Assembly: GCA_048939995.1 (NCBI GenBank)
Contig: JBHLOY010000004.1
Span: forward strand, 219,483-283,482
DNA: 64,000 nt
Source: Promethearchaeota archaeon
GTDB lineage: Archaea; Asgardarchaeota; Lokiarchaeia; Sigyniarchaeales; SOKP01
Direction of reading: 5' to 3'
The position numbers were made by a program, and so were the translations under genes. The notes below the pieces were generated by a model. It saw nothing but the letters and a program-made list of their open reading frames with translations. It was not told where the DNA came from and ran no database searches. Of the stretch, positions 51,136 to 60,788 are shown piece after piece. Position 1 is the first letter of the stretch, and each line of letters opens with the position of its first letter.

Positions 51136-51846
51136 TTATAGTTGTTTCGCGACACCGTAATATATAAAGTAAAGGGCAATTAACGTAGGTAGTGATATAA
51201 TTGACCAAATGCCCCTAAATGCAGGATCCGCTAATGTATTTGAAAGAGATGTACCATAATATAGAAAGAAATAAGCAAATATTCCTATCAAGAAATATTT
51301 CCATTTCTTTTTAAGTTCTTGATGTTCTAATTTAAGATAGATCCTTAATGCAAAAAATATTGTAGGAAGAATAGTGACAAAACTACAAAGAATAGTACTG
51401 TATATAAAAAATGGCCAATTCCAATCAGGTTTCCAATTAGTGGAGGAGTCAATCGTAATTCCCCCAGGAATAAGTAATAATCCAAATAAAGTTATCCCAA
51501 AAATAATAATAATTAATACTTGAGCAGGTAAAGTAATTATCTTTTCTGATTTCCAAAGAATTAAGACAAATATGAGTAAAAATCCGAGCGAAATGCATAA
51601 AAGATAGTATGTTATAAAATGGAGGATGAATACTATAAGTTCATTAAAAATGAAAGCATAAATTATGTTTATAATAACTCCTGCAGCAGCAGTAAAATAA
51701 AATAAGCTTAAAATTAAGTTTAAACCTTTATATTCTCTTTTTAAAATCTTATAGGTCATGAATAGGAAAAATAAACCAGAAAAGCCTTGTACTATGAATA
51801 TTTGTATAAATCTGGGTAAATCTATTACTTGTAGGATTGTAAACAA
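51136..51846 (-). CDS. 7-TM membrane protein, paralog 2
   Basis: Shares QG, K.LKR...LN, KSE..IT, P.W, LKKKWK.F..G, SNTL..P.FR and YYGV with its neighbour. Confidence 0.65.
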   Translation of the reverse strand: MFTILQVIDLPRFIQIFIVQGFSGLFFLFMTYKILKREYKGLNLILSLFYFTAAAGVIINIIYAFIFNELIVFILHFITYYLLCISLGFLLIFVLILWKSEKIITLPAQVLIIIIFGITLFGLLLIPGGITIDSSTNWKPDWNWPFFIYSTILCSFVTILPTIFFALRIYLKLEHQELKKKWKYFLIGIFAYFFLYYGTSLSNTLADPAFRGIWSIISLPTLIALYFIYYGVAKQL

Positions 51847-52050
51847 GTTTATATCCCCGTAATTTTATCAAAAATTAACTTACTAACTAATGTTTTTTTT
51901 TGTTTTTAATATATAATAAATCTTTTGCAATTGAAATATTGTTCATCAAATTAAGATATATTAATTAATTTTAAATAAATCGATTCAATATTATCTTAAA
52001 TCTCAATTTAATTAGGAAATAATTTCAACTAAAAATTTCTGGTAGTTATT

Positions 52051-53523
52051 TTGAAACATTATGATCTAATTTTCATTCATCCCCCTAGATTATTAAAACC
52101 GGATTATGGTAGAGTCGTGAAATTTATTAGAGGAGCCTTTATTTTCATTCCTATGGGGGTTTTTGCAATAGGTGATAAGCTTAAAAAAGAGGGTTTTGGT
52201 GTTAAAATCATTAATTACCCTTTAGAACAATATTTGGAAAAAAATTGGAATCTGAAGACTTATCTTAAGAGTATTGATTTTGATGTATGTGCAATAGACT
52301 TACATTGGATACATCATTCTCACGGTGCTATTGAAGTATCTAAAATAGTTAAAAATATAAATCCTAACGCTAAAATACTGCTGGGAGGTTTCAGCGCTTC
52401 ATACTACCATAGAGAAATCCTTGAATACTATCCCTCTATAGACGGCATAGTCAGAGGTGAGGGTGAAATTCCTCTTTTAAAGTACGTTGAGAATATAAAT
52501 CATAATTCTTTCGATTCTGTCCCCAATTTATCTTATCGAGACTCTAGCAAGCACATAAAGAAAAATCCTTTATCCTATGTAGCAAAAGATTTAGATGATT
52601 TAGAGTTTACTAATGTATCACTCCTAAAAAATGCAAAAAAGTATCTTGAATGTAGTAGAAAGCTTATGGGTATCTCTTTCAATCTTCCTATCGGAAGAGG
52701 TTGTCCTTTCAATTGTCCTCTTTGTGGGGGTGGTCAAAGAGCTCAACAAAGCTACATGGGTCGAGAATCAGTAATTCTCAGATCACCAGAAAAAATAGTA
52801 AATGATATACATAAAATAAGTTCTAAATATAAAATTCCTAGTGTCTTTTTTGGACATGGTTCTTATCAAAGTAATTTAAAGTATTGGAAAAGACTATTTG
52901 GTCTAATACAGAAAGAGAGTTTTGATCTTGGAGGAGATTTAGAGATATGGCGACTCCCATTCCCTAAAGAAATGTGGAAGATATTTTATAAAACCTTTAT
53001 AAGAAGATATTCTTCGATTAGTATTTCTCCTCGGACAATTTCACCAAAAGTCCATCAAAAAGTTGCTAAAGTCTGTGATCCAACTTTTAGATTTCCAGAA
53101 AACCAAATTAATGATTTAATCAAAAATGCCAACCTATTTAGAATGATACTTAGAATTTGGTTAACAATTGGATATCCTTTTCAAACACGCCTAGATTTCG
53201 TTAATGACTTTAAATTTGCAATGAAATGTCTCTTCAAATATGGAAAATCAACCGCTAAACCAATAACAATTATGAATGAACCTTATTTTGCTTTCCCTGG
53301 TTCTCCCGCGTTTCAATTTCCTGAGAAATTTGGAATACACTTTAGGTATCATTCCTTCCCTGAGATTGTTTATGCTTTTAAGCAAGCTAAGATATCTTCA
53401 TTAAACAATGTAATAAATTACAACACTAAATATTTTTCTGGAATGGATATTCATCGTCTTAATAGGTTATTCTTTCTAAGTACAGCACCCATGTTTCTCA
53501 CAACAGGCTCCAAAAAGCCATAA
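52051..53523 (+). CDS. Cobalamin-binding radical SAM protein
   Basis: B12-binding N-domain (LHW..H, LGGFSAS, RGEGE) and GRGCPFNCPLC. Confidence 0.88.
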   Translation: MKHYDLIFIHPPRLLKPDYGRVVKFIRGAFIFIPMGVFAIGDKLKKEGFGVKIINYPLEQYLEKNWNLKTYLKSIDFDVCAIDLHWIHHSHGAIEVSKIVKNINPNAKILLGGFSASYYHREILEYYPSIDGIVRGEGEIPLLKYVENINHNSFDSVPNLSYRDSSKHIKKNPLSYVAKDLDDLEFTNVSLLKNAKKYLECSRKLMGISFNLPIGRGCPFNCPLCGGGQRAQQSYMGRESVILRSPEKIVNDIHKISSKYKIPSVFFGHGSYQSNLKYWKRLFGLIQKESFDLGGDLEIWRLPFPKEMWKIFYKTFIRRYSSISISPRTISPKVHQKVAKVCDPTFRFPENQINDLIKNANLFRMILRIWLTIGYPFQTRLDFVNDFKFAMKCLFKYGKSTAKPITIMNEPYFAFPGSPAFQFPEKFGIHFRYHSFPEIVYAFKQAKISSLNNVINYNTKYFSGMDIHRLNRLFFLSTAPMFLTTGSKKP

Positions 53524-53560
53524 ATTAATTTAAGCAATTCCTTTCTGGTTTTAGAATAAT

Positions 53561-53812
53561 TTGCCGCATTCTAGTTTAATATGGGAACATGAAACTAAAA
53601 GGATTTTCGATGAGTTAATAAACATATCACCCCCTCAGTTTCAATCTATGGCACGAATGGCAATCTCCTCTCTTGCAACAGAAAAAGCAAAAAAGACAGG
53701 CTCTAGAGAGGTGCAAAATCAGGTCATCCTAGAAATATTTATAAAGGGAACCCCAGGACCATTTCAAGCAGATATGAGGGAAGGTTTTAAGAAATCTGGA
53801 CTTCTAAAATAA
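53561..53812 (+). CDS. Small helical protein, DUF2621/PCP-reductase-like
   Basis: W..E....F..L....P..F...A...I and TP.PF pattern. Confidence 0.55.
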   Translation: MPHSSLIWEHETKRIFDELINISPPQFQSMARMAISSLATEKAKKTGSREVQNQVILEIFIKGTPGPFQADMREGFKKSGLLK

Positions 53813-53862
53813 AATGTAATTTTAAAAATTAAAAAAAGAGTAAAAAAAATTCAAGAATATAC

Positions 53863-54057
53863 CTACTTTTCACGCCATTCAGTTCCACATTTTCCACATC
53901 TATATTTCTTACCATAAACTCTAGGATAATCACTAATTATATTTGTTTTATCAGTTGATTCATGAATCATATTCTTCTCTTCATTCGCGCACATGGGACA
54001 TTTACGGCGACCATCAGTTTTTTCAATAGTTAAAAGATTATTTGTACGTTCTCCCAT
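53863..54057 (-). CDS. Stand-alone Zn-ribbon protein
   Basis: GRRKCPMC...YPRVYGKKYRCGKCGTEW. Confidence 0.75.
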   Translation of the reverse strand: MGERTNNLLTIEKTDGRRKCPMCANEEKNMIHESTDKTNIISDYPRVYGKKYRCGKCGTEWREK

Positions 54058-54153
54058 AAACAGATCTCAACTTTAAGTTATTTTGTTTGTGTTATTATTA
54101 TTTCTGATTATATTATGAGAATTGTAATTATTAAATCTTTACAAGTAGATGAA

Positions 54154-54765
54154 TTAAAAATTAGTATGCTTTTTTAATTCTTTTCCATAAGAAATGGCAT
54201 TTTTTAATAATTCTGGATTGATATTACCCAATTTCAATATAAAATTATCAAAAATTTTATTAAAGAGTTCTAAAAGATCTTGTTTTTTATTCTGAATTTC
54301 AAAACAATATAAAAAACCTAATTCTTTGGTTTTTCTGATAAGATCAATAGTAGTTATTCTCTCTCGGTTTGAAACAATTTTTTTTTCAATTAAGTCTTTA
54401 TTTACTCCTAAAAGAATAGAAATCCCATGAAACATGTAAATCTTGTTGAAAGTTTCAAACTCTTCAAATTTGATGTCTTCTAAAGAATTGAGACTAAAAA
54501 TGTCCACAACATTAATAAGTACATCAAGTCTCTTAATTTTTGAATAATTATCTGACAAATGGTTATAATTTAGAGCATTAAATAGTTCAACTTTGATCGG
54601 AACATCTTTAAATACAACTAAAAACTCGATTGATATGTCATGTGCATTCGAGTTTAATGCCATTTGCTTTAAGTATTCAATAATAAGTTCATTTCCATAA
54701 TTATCTCTGTCAATAACCCCAAGATTCAAAGAAAATTTAATCTTTTTCAAAGTGTCACGTTCCAA
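54154..54765 (-). CDS. Degenerate Ras/Rab-like small GTPase-fold protein
   Basis: Topology and residual motifs (LINVVDI...SL, ILLGVNKD, CFEI....LLELF), but no GxxxxGK[ST] P-loop and no DxxG. Confidence 0.55.
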   Translation of the reverse strand: MERDTLKKIKFSLNLGVIDRDNYGNELIIEYLKQMALNSNAHDISIEFLVVFKDVPIKVELFNALNYNHLSDNYSKIKRLDVLINVVDIFSLNSLEDIKFEEFETFNKIYMFHGISILLGVNKDLIEKKIVSNRERITTIDLIRKTKELGFLYCFEIQNKKQDLLELFNKIFDNFILKLGNINPELLKNAISYGKELKKHTNF

Positions 54766-54846
54766 AAATAATAATTACAACTATTAATTTTACAAATATA
54801 GATAAAACTTAGTAATATAAAATCTTGTTTGTAAAGCCTTTTTCTA

Positions 54847-55779
54847 ATGTTAGCAATATATTTTCTGTTAATCTTAATGATAAGCATTTGGAGTTTTTCA
54901 TTTATCGTAGTAGATGTATTAATTGAATTTATACCTTCGCTTTCAATAGCATTTTATAGGTTCACTATTGCTTCAATTGCCTATCTCTTGATAGATTTAT
55001 ACCAAACGCTTAATAAGAGAAAAATTGATGAGAATAACAATCTTAATTTGAATAAAGCTTATTCAAAAAGAGATTGGATTTACATTTTCATTTCAAGCCT
55101 TTTTGGAGTTTCATTATTTTTCTTTACTCAATATTCATCTATCAATTTAATTGGACCGTCGATTCCAGCTCTATTTGTATGTTTATTAGCACCTGTTATA
55201 ATCGCGACATTAGCAATTATCTTTTTTAAAGAAAAACTAGGTAAAATAAAGATTTTTGGTTTTATAATTGCCACTTTTGGGGGTTTTTTGTTAATATCAG
55301 GAGGAACTATTGAAAATTTAACCCCCTTGTCTCCTAATTTCTTAGGATATATGTTTGCGCTCATGACACCAGTATTTTGGGCAATCTATTCTACTATAAG
55401 TAAAAAAATAGGTAAAACGAGTTCTGCTAACAGAATGAATAAATATATATGTTATTTAGGAACGATAGAATTATTAATCTTACTTTTAATCAATCAAGAA
55501 CTTGAAATACTCATCCAAAATCTTTCGAATCCAGTTCTATTATTATCCTCTATATATCTAGGAGTAGGTTGCTATGTCATAGGATATTATATATGGCAAT
55601 ACGCTCAAAAGAAATTAAAATCAGCTAAAGTAGCTTCATTTTTATATATTGAGCCCTTTCTTACATTATTTTTTTCATTAATTTTTCAAAGGAGTGACGA
55701 AGTCGTAATTTGGAACGTATTAGGAGGGATTATTGTATTGATAGCAGTTCTTCTCATTAATTATGAAAGGATACATTAG
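54847..55779 (+). CDS. DMT/EamA family transporter
   Basis: 10 TM helices; W..SF, FYRF, KEKL and LYIEP motifs. Confidence 0.88.
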   Translation: MLAIYFLLILMISIWSFSFIVVDVLIEFIPSLSIAFYRFTIASIAYLLIDLYQTLNKRKIDENNNLNLNKAYSKRDWIYIFISSLFGVSLFFFTQYSSINLIGPSIPALFVCLLAPVIIATLAIIFFKEKLGKIKIFGFIIATFGGFLLISGGTIENLTPLSPNFLGYMFALMTPVFWAIYSTISKKIGKTSSANRMNKYICYLGTIELLILLLINQELEILIQNLSNPVLLLSSIYLGVGCYVIGYYIWQYAQKKLKSAKVASFLYIEPFLTLFFSLIFQRSDEVVIWNVLGGIIVLIAVLLINYERIH

Positions 55780-55781
55780 TA

Positions 55782-57206
55782 TTACAAATTATCCTTAACG
55801 ATTTCATTTAATTCATTAGCTAAATTTTCATCGATAGTTTTTATAAATGGTTTATTTTCCAAAGTTAATGCCTGTTCCCTTGCTCTTATCCTTATAGATT
55901 TAGATCCTAATTCCTTCCATGTATCGCGTGTTGATCTATCAATAATCGAACTTGGTATAAACAATTCTTTCTTAAATAACCTTAATGTCAATGGATGAGA
56001 TAATAGTTCATGTTTTACCTCATATGCTTTAAGAATATCAGAGGCAAATGGTGTTCCGTGGTCCTCAATCCCTCTTAAAAATCTTCTCGCCATCCCAATT
56101 ATCTCATTATCAATTATTAGTTTTTCAATACTCTGCGTAGATTCAAAATCTATCATACCTGGCCCAGAAACCATGTTTACACCTGCTAAAGTTGCTAAGA
56201 GAGCACCAATTCCCGCTTCAAACCCTGCCTGCGCATCTGGTACTTTTGAATCACTTAAACTCATATAAGCATGAGTTGGGAGATTTAGGAATTTTCCCAT
56301 TTCAATATCTCCTATATTTATCATCATAGTTTCAATAGCTCCCATTGGTGTAGTACCACTTTTCATATCCAAAATTGCAGGGGATCCCCCCCATATTAAT
56401 GGAGCCTTTTTCCTTGTCAATTGAACAATTACTACTCCTGCTAAGGACTCAGCACAGTGTTGTGTTATTGAACCAATCAAAGTTATTGGAGCATTAGCAC
56501 CTGCCAATGGCATTGAAACAAATTCGGATGGGATCATACTTTTAGCAGCATCAATAAGAGATTGAGTGGTTAGATCTGACCACTTTAATGGAGGACTGGG
56601 ACAGGCATCAAATATAGCAAGTGGTTTCTTAGCCAAATCTTGCTCTGATGATCTACAAGCTAACAAAAGCTCCTTCATAATTCTAAAACTTTCTTTACGA
56701 AATGTTCCAGTAATAATAGGCTTATAACAATGAGACAATGCAAGATATAATCTATGCCAATCTTGAGCCTCTTTTGGCACGTCTTGATAAATGATTGCAG
56801 TACTCTGGGCATCAATGAATGGAAGTTGTTCAACTATTTTTGAAAAGCGTACAAAATCTTTTGAAAGCGCTTCCCTTATTTCTCCCGTATTTTCATCTAA
56901 TAAAAAAATTGCAGCCGATCCAGGATCGTAATGGACATTGTCATCACTTAATGAAAGGTAGTTTTGACCCTCTCGATCATATAATTTGATTTCAGATGGA
57001 GCCGACCTCAAACATTTATCTACTAAATCTGATGGTATATAATAACGAGAATCTTTTTCTGGAATACCTTGCGCTTTAAATATTTCACTTGCTTCTTTAT
57101 TTTCCAAAAAAATTCCTTGAGTTTCAAGAATGTCTTTTGCTTCGCTAAAGATTTGAAGCTTGTGTTCTTGATCTAATAACTGGATATTAGGTTTTAAGAT
57201 GGTCAT
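55782..57206 (-). CDS. Trimethylamine methyltransferase (MttB) superfamily, non-pyrrolysine
   Basis: APS...LYDR, SPPL.W, GANAPITL.G, DSKVPDAQAG.E and S.EKL.IDNE motifs; no in-frame TAG. Confidence 0.9.
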   Translation of the reverse strand: MTILKPNIQLLDQEHKLQIFSEAKDILETQGIFLENKEASEIFKAQGIPEKDSRYYIPSDLVDKCLRSAPSEIKLYDREGQNYLSLSDDNVHYDPGSAAIFLLDENTGEIREALSKDFVRFSKIVEQLPFIDAQSTAIIYQDVPKEAQDWHRLYLALSHCYKPIITGTFRKESFRIMKELLLACRSSEQDLAKKPLAIFDACPSPPLKWSDLTTQSLIDAAKSMIPSEFVSMPLAGANAPITLIGSITQHCAESLAGVVIVQLTRKKAPLIWGGSPAILDMKSGTTPMGAIETMMINIGDIEMGKFLNLPTHAYMSLSDSKVPDAQAGFEAGIGALLATLAGVNMVSGPGMIDFESTQSIEKLIIDNEIIGMARRFLRGIEDHGTPFASDILKAYEVKHELLSHPLTLRLFKKELFIPSSIIDRSTRDTWKELGSKSIRIRAREQALTLENKPFIKTIDENLANELNEIVKDNL

Positions 57207-57213
57207 ATTTAAA

Positions 57214-58113
57214 TCACTTTTTAATATAAGAATCTATACGATCTTTAACATCTCTTATAGTTTTAGGAGATGTACCGCAACATCCTCCAACAATTTTAGC
57301 ACCAGCTTCAATTATTTCAAGAATATCCTTTCCAAATTCTTTTTCTGACTGATCATAATACGTTAGTCCTCCCGGTTTCACTCTAGGTTTGCCTGCATTT
57401 GGTTTAATAGATAAAGGTTTTGTTGTAAATTTACTCATTTCTCCAACCAATTCAATCATATCTTTCGAAGCTAACGTACAGTTACTTCCTATTACTTCTA
57501 CTTTTTCGTCTTCAACTTTTTCTATACATTGTTGCAATGAGTGTCCCATAATAGTAAAAAAGCCCCGTTTAGTTTTCTTATAAGTCATAGAGCTGATGAT
57601 TGGTTTGTTAGAAAGTTTTTTTATTGCTTTTATAGCTGCAATCATTTCATCAATATCAGAAATAGTTTCAATATGCCATAAATCAACACCAGCTTCCAGA
57701 TGTTTCACCTGCTCCAAATAGCTTGAGTACCATTGATCAAATGTTGCTTTTCCGATGGGAGGTTTATATTCACCGGAGGGCCCAATATCTCCTACCATTA
57801 AATGTTCAGGTGGACACGCTTTCTTTAAATTTTCAAGAGCTTTCTCATTTATTTCTTTAATACGATTTTCAAGTTTGTATTTTTGAAGATTCAAGAAATT
57901 AGATCCAAAAGTATTAGTTTGACACATATCTGAACCAGCAAGGTAATACGATTTATGAATTTCTGAGATTACATCAGGTTGTTCAATATTTAACAGATCT
58001 GGAAGTTTTCCAGGTGTGATCCCATATTTGAAAATTTCTGTGCCCATTCCGCCATCAAATAAAATTATTTTTGAAGGATTTCTTAACCAACTTTCAAATA
58101 TATTAATAACAAT
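57214..58113 (-). CDS. Homocysteine S-methyltransferase domain (MetH N-terminal/Bmt-like)
   Basis: ILFDGGMGT (begins upstream of ATG 58047), TNTFG, IET, GSNC, PNAG and GGCCGT motifs. Inferred ATT start (58113 or 58107) after AGGAGATGA. Confidence 0.88.
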   Translation of the reverse strand: MVINIFESWLRNPSKIILFDGGMGTEIFKYGITPGKLPDLLNIEQPDVISEIHKSYYLAGSDMCQTNTFGSNFLNLQKYKLENRIKEINEKALENLKKACPPEHLMVGDIGPSGEYKPPIGKATFDQWYSSYLEQVKHLEAGVDLWHIETISDIDEMIAAIKAIKKLSNKPIISSMTYKKTKRGFFTIMGHSLQQCIEKVEDEKVEVIGSNCTLASKDMIELVGEMSKFTTKPLSIKPNAGKPRVKPGGLTYYDQSEKEFGKDILEIIEAGAKIVGGCCGTSPKTIRDVKDRIDSYIKK

Positions 58114-58127
58114 TTCATCTCCTTATG

Positions 58128-58781
58128 TTAATTGGCATGTTTTAGTAGACTTTTCACTAATTTGACAGCTTCAATGGCATTATCTGCATAGCCATCTGCA
58201 TTACATTCTTCAACCCAAGACTTGGTCACTGGAGCACCACCAAATATTACCTTAAATCTATCCCGTATGCCTCTTTCCTTTAATTTATCAATTAATTCTC
58301 TTTGACCAACCATGGTGGTTGTTAATAAAGCTGAAACACCAATTATATCCGCATCTTTGTCTAGAGCAGATTTGATAATTTTATCAATCGCAACATCAGC
58401 TCCTAAATCATATACCTCAAATCCATTGGCACTAAGCATTGTTGCCACAATAGTTTTACCAATAGAATGAATATCCCCTTCGATTGTAGCAATTACCACT
58501 TTTCCCGATTTTATATTTGTTTTATTTTCTCTTAAATGTGGTAAAAGTATTTCCATTGATTCTTGAACTATATTTCCCCCCAACATCAACTCGGGTAAAA
58601 AAAAATCACCCTCTTCCCATAAATTTCCTATACGACGGATTCCTGATCCAAAACCTTTTTCTATTACGCTCAATAGGTCCATGCCTTCATTTACTGCTTT
58701 TTCTGCCAAGTAGATCGCTTTATCTCTTTCTAGACTCACAATTGCATTTGAAATTTCTTTAAAAAATTCCTCTTGGGCCAA
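58128..58781 (-). CDS. Corrinoid (B12-binding) protein, MttC-like
   Basis: FLPEL, GDIHSIGK, SALLTTTM and GGAP motifs; GGAG RBS before TTG. Confidence 0.92.
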   Translation of the reverse strand: MAQEEFFKEISNAIVSLERDKAIYLAEKAVNEGMDLLSVIEKGFGSGIRRIGNLWEEGDFFLPELMLGGNIVQESMEILLPHLRENKTNIKSGKVVIATIEGDIHSIGKTIVATMLSANGFEVYDLGADVAIDKIIKSALDKDADIIGVSALLTTTMVGQRELIDKLKERGIRDRFKVIFGGAPVTKSWVEECNADGYADNAIEAVKLVKSLLKHAN

Positions 58782-58983
58782 ATTAATCTCCTAAAAGTTG
58801 TAAATTGTATTAACTAATTAAAACTTCTAAAGTTTAAAAAATTATAACTTAACTTCTAGTAAAACCTAATAATAACTACTAATTATTTATCGATTATTAT
58901 TAGGATATTTAACTGAAAAAATTATATATTTCTACACTATATGCAAATAAAAACAATAATTTAGGATTAAAGGTGAATTTAAT

Positions 58984-59472
58984 ATTCCAAGACGTTATTA
59001 TGCCAAAGCAAAAAAGACTTATGCCAAAGATCAAACATTTGATCAAGATCAAGTAGGAAAAGAGAAGGAGCGTTATCTAATAAGCATAGAGCTTATGAGC
59101 TTAAAAACTCTTAAGGATTATGATATTCTTGGCTGGCGAGGCGAATTCTATTTCAAGATTGATGGACCTAAGCTATTTAAAGCTAGATGGCCTAATAAAG
59201 GAACAATCAAATTGCAGAGAAATCAAGAATTTACTTCCAAAGCTGATATGTCCCTTTGGTCTCAATTTAAAACCGTGAGGGCTGATAAACCGACTACCGA
59301 AAAAATTAAAGTAATATTGAGGGAACGAGATGATCTAAAAAAAGATCATACAGTTACAGAACAAGAGTTCGAAATCAAATTGCCCTTTCCAACACAATAT
59401 GTAATTTTACAGGATGAAAAAGAAAACACTAAAGCTAAACTTCGAATTCAGGCGACGAGAACAAGATACTAA
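58984..59472 (+). CDS. Hypothetical protein, possible C2-like beta-sandwich
   Basis: Frame open upstream of ATG 59095 to ATT 58984, 7 nt after AGGTGA; DYDILGWRGEFYFKI and VILRERDDLKKDH patterns. Confidence 0.6.
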   Translation: MPRRYYAKAKKTYAKDQTFDQDQVGKEKERYLISIELMSLKTLKDYDILGWRGEFYFKIDGPKLFKARWPNKGTIKLQRNQEFTSKADMSLWSQFKTVRADKPTTEKIKVILRERDDLKKDHTVTEQEFEIKLPFPTQYVILQDEKENTKAKLRIQATRTRY

Positions 59473-59517
59473 TTTAACACAAAAAATCAAAACTTTTTAT
59501 TTTTAAATGAAATAACC

Positions 59518-60666
59518 CTATAAGGAAAATTTCTGATATTCCGTTTTGCATGGATGATTATCAGTAACCCAAAATTCTTTCTCATTTGGTAAAACAATTA
59601 TCGAACCTAAAGTACCTGCAGAAGGACCATGTGTACATACAGTAAAATCATCCGGTTCTCTATTACCATGATCTCTTAATATCATTTTAATAGTGTCAAT
59701 ATTGATTTGCCCCTTCTTTTCTGTTAATAACTCAATTTCTCTCTTATAACGTCTAATAGGAGATTCTATGGGTGAAATATCCATATTCTCCATTTTAAAT
59801 CTTACATAATCTGGTAAATTGGCATCTTTAAGCTTATCTGTTTGATAATGGTTAGTATGGGCTAAAATATCATCTTCAGGTCGACGAATTGCGTATCTTG
59901 TACTAGTTGTTTCAATAACACAGGTATCTCCCAAGGTATCCATAAGTCCATAATGGCAACCATTTGCTCGTGCTTGAAATTTAGTAATAAAATCGACGGC
60001 TTCTTGAGTGGTTCCACAGGTTTCTAGCACTTCTTGCACAATAAAAGTTCCCGGAATGCCTTTCAACCTAAAATCTAAAGGGTCTTTTTTCCAAGAACGT
60101 CCATAATTATAGCCAATTGTTAATCCTCTTTCATTGATTCCCATATGTGAACCTCCCAGGGGATATTGAGTGAAATTAAGATTATTATAACCATTTTCAG
60201 GTATTTCTTCACGAACAACTTGAAATGGTTGCAGAACGTTAGGAAAATCATAATTACGACCGAAGATCATTGAATTGTTTGATGTGGCATTTGGAAGTGC
60301 AAAGATCATAGAACATGCTTGAATAGGGGGATTCTTGTATACTGATTTCGGGTTTCCTGACATAATTTCCATGAAATGAGCTCCATAGATTACAGCTTTT
60401 TTTATATCAGCACCTTTGCTTAAACCAATCATTTTTTCATATTGATTTGGAAGAAATCTTTCCGTAGCTTTTTTAATATTCTTCTTTCCTAAAACTCCTA
60501 AAGCAAACTTAATTATTGAAAGTGGTATTAATTTGGAAGTAACTTCAGAGAACATAGTTGAATGAAAAACAATATCAAACATATTATGTATTTTATCTTT
60601 CAATATTTCTCCTTGCTGGTTTCCTCTTTCAGTAGCATTTCCTTCTACTTTAATAAAGTCTACCAT
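59518..60666 (-). CDS. C45 family Ntn acyltransferase/hydrolase
   Basis: ERG.QQG, ACS (nucleophile Cys), GRNYD, GINE.GL and HTNH motifs. Confidence 0.88.
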   Translation of the reverse strand: MVDFIKVEGNATERGNQQGEILKDKIHNMFDIVFHSTMFSEVTSKLIPLSIIKFALGVLGKKNIKKATERFLPNQYEKMIGLSKGADIKKAVIYGAHFMEIMSGNPKSVYKNPPIQACSMIFALPNATSNNSMIFGRNYDFPNVLQPFQVVREEIPENGYNNLNFTQYPLGGSHMGINERGLTIGYNYGRSWKKDPLDFRLKGIPGTFIVQEVLETCGTTQEAVDFITKFQARANGCHYGLMDTLGDTCVIETTSTRYAIRRPEDDILAHTNHYQTDKLKDANLPDYVRFKMENMDISPIESPIRRYKREIELLTEKKGQINIDTIKMILRDHGNREPDDFTVCTHGPSAGTLGSIIVLPNEKEFWVTDNHPCKTEYQKFSL

Positions 60667-60788
60667 AATTGTGCTCGTATCAATATTTTTGATTATTTGA
60701 GATAAGAGAGTTTGGATTAATAGATTAAGGAATCAACAAAATAAATATTCTAAAATCCTTAAATAAAGATTAATTATTAGATTAAACT

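Noticed and set aside
50293-51846. Rhodopsins
   Set aside because: No DxxxK or SxxxK retinal-binding motif in the last helix.
55782-57206. Pyrrolysine-containing trimethylamine methyltransferase / methanogenesis
   Set aside because: The ORF is full length without an in-frame TAG, and its partner is a homocysteine methyltransferase, not MtaA/MtbA.
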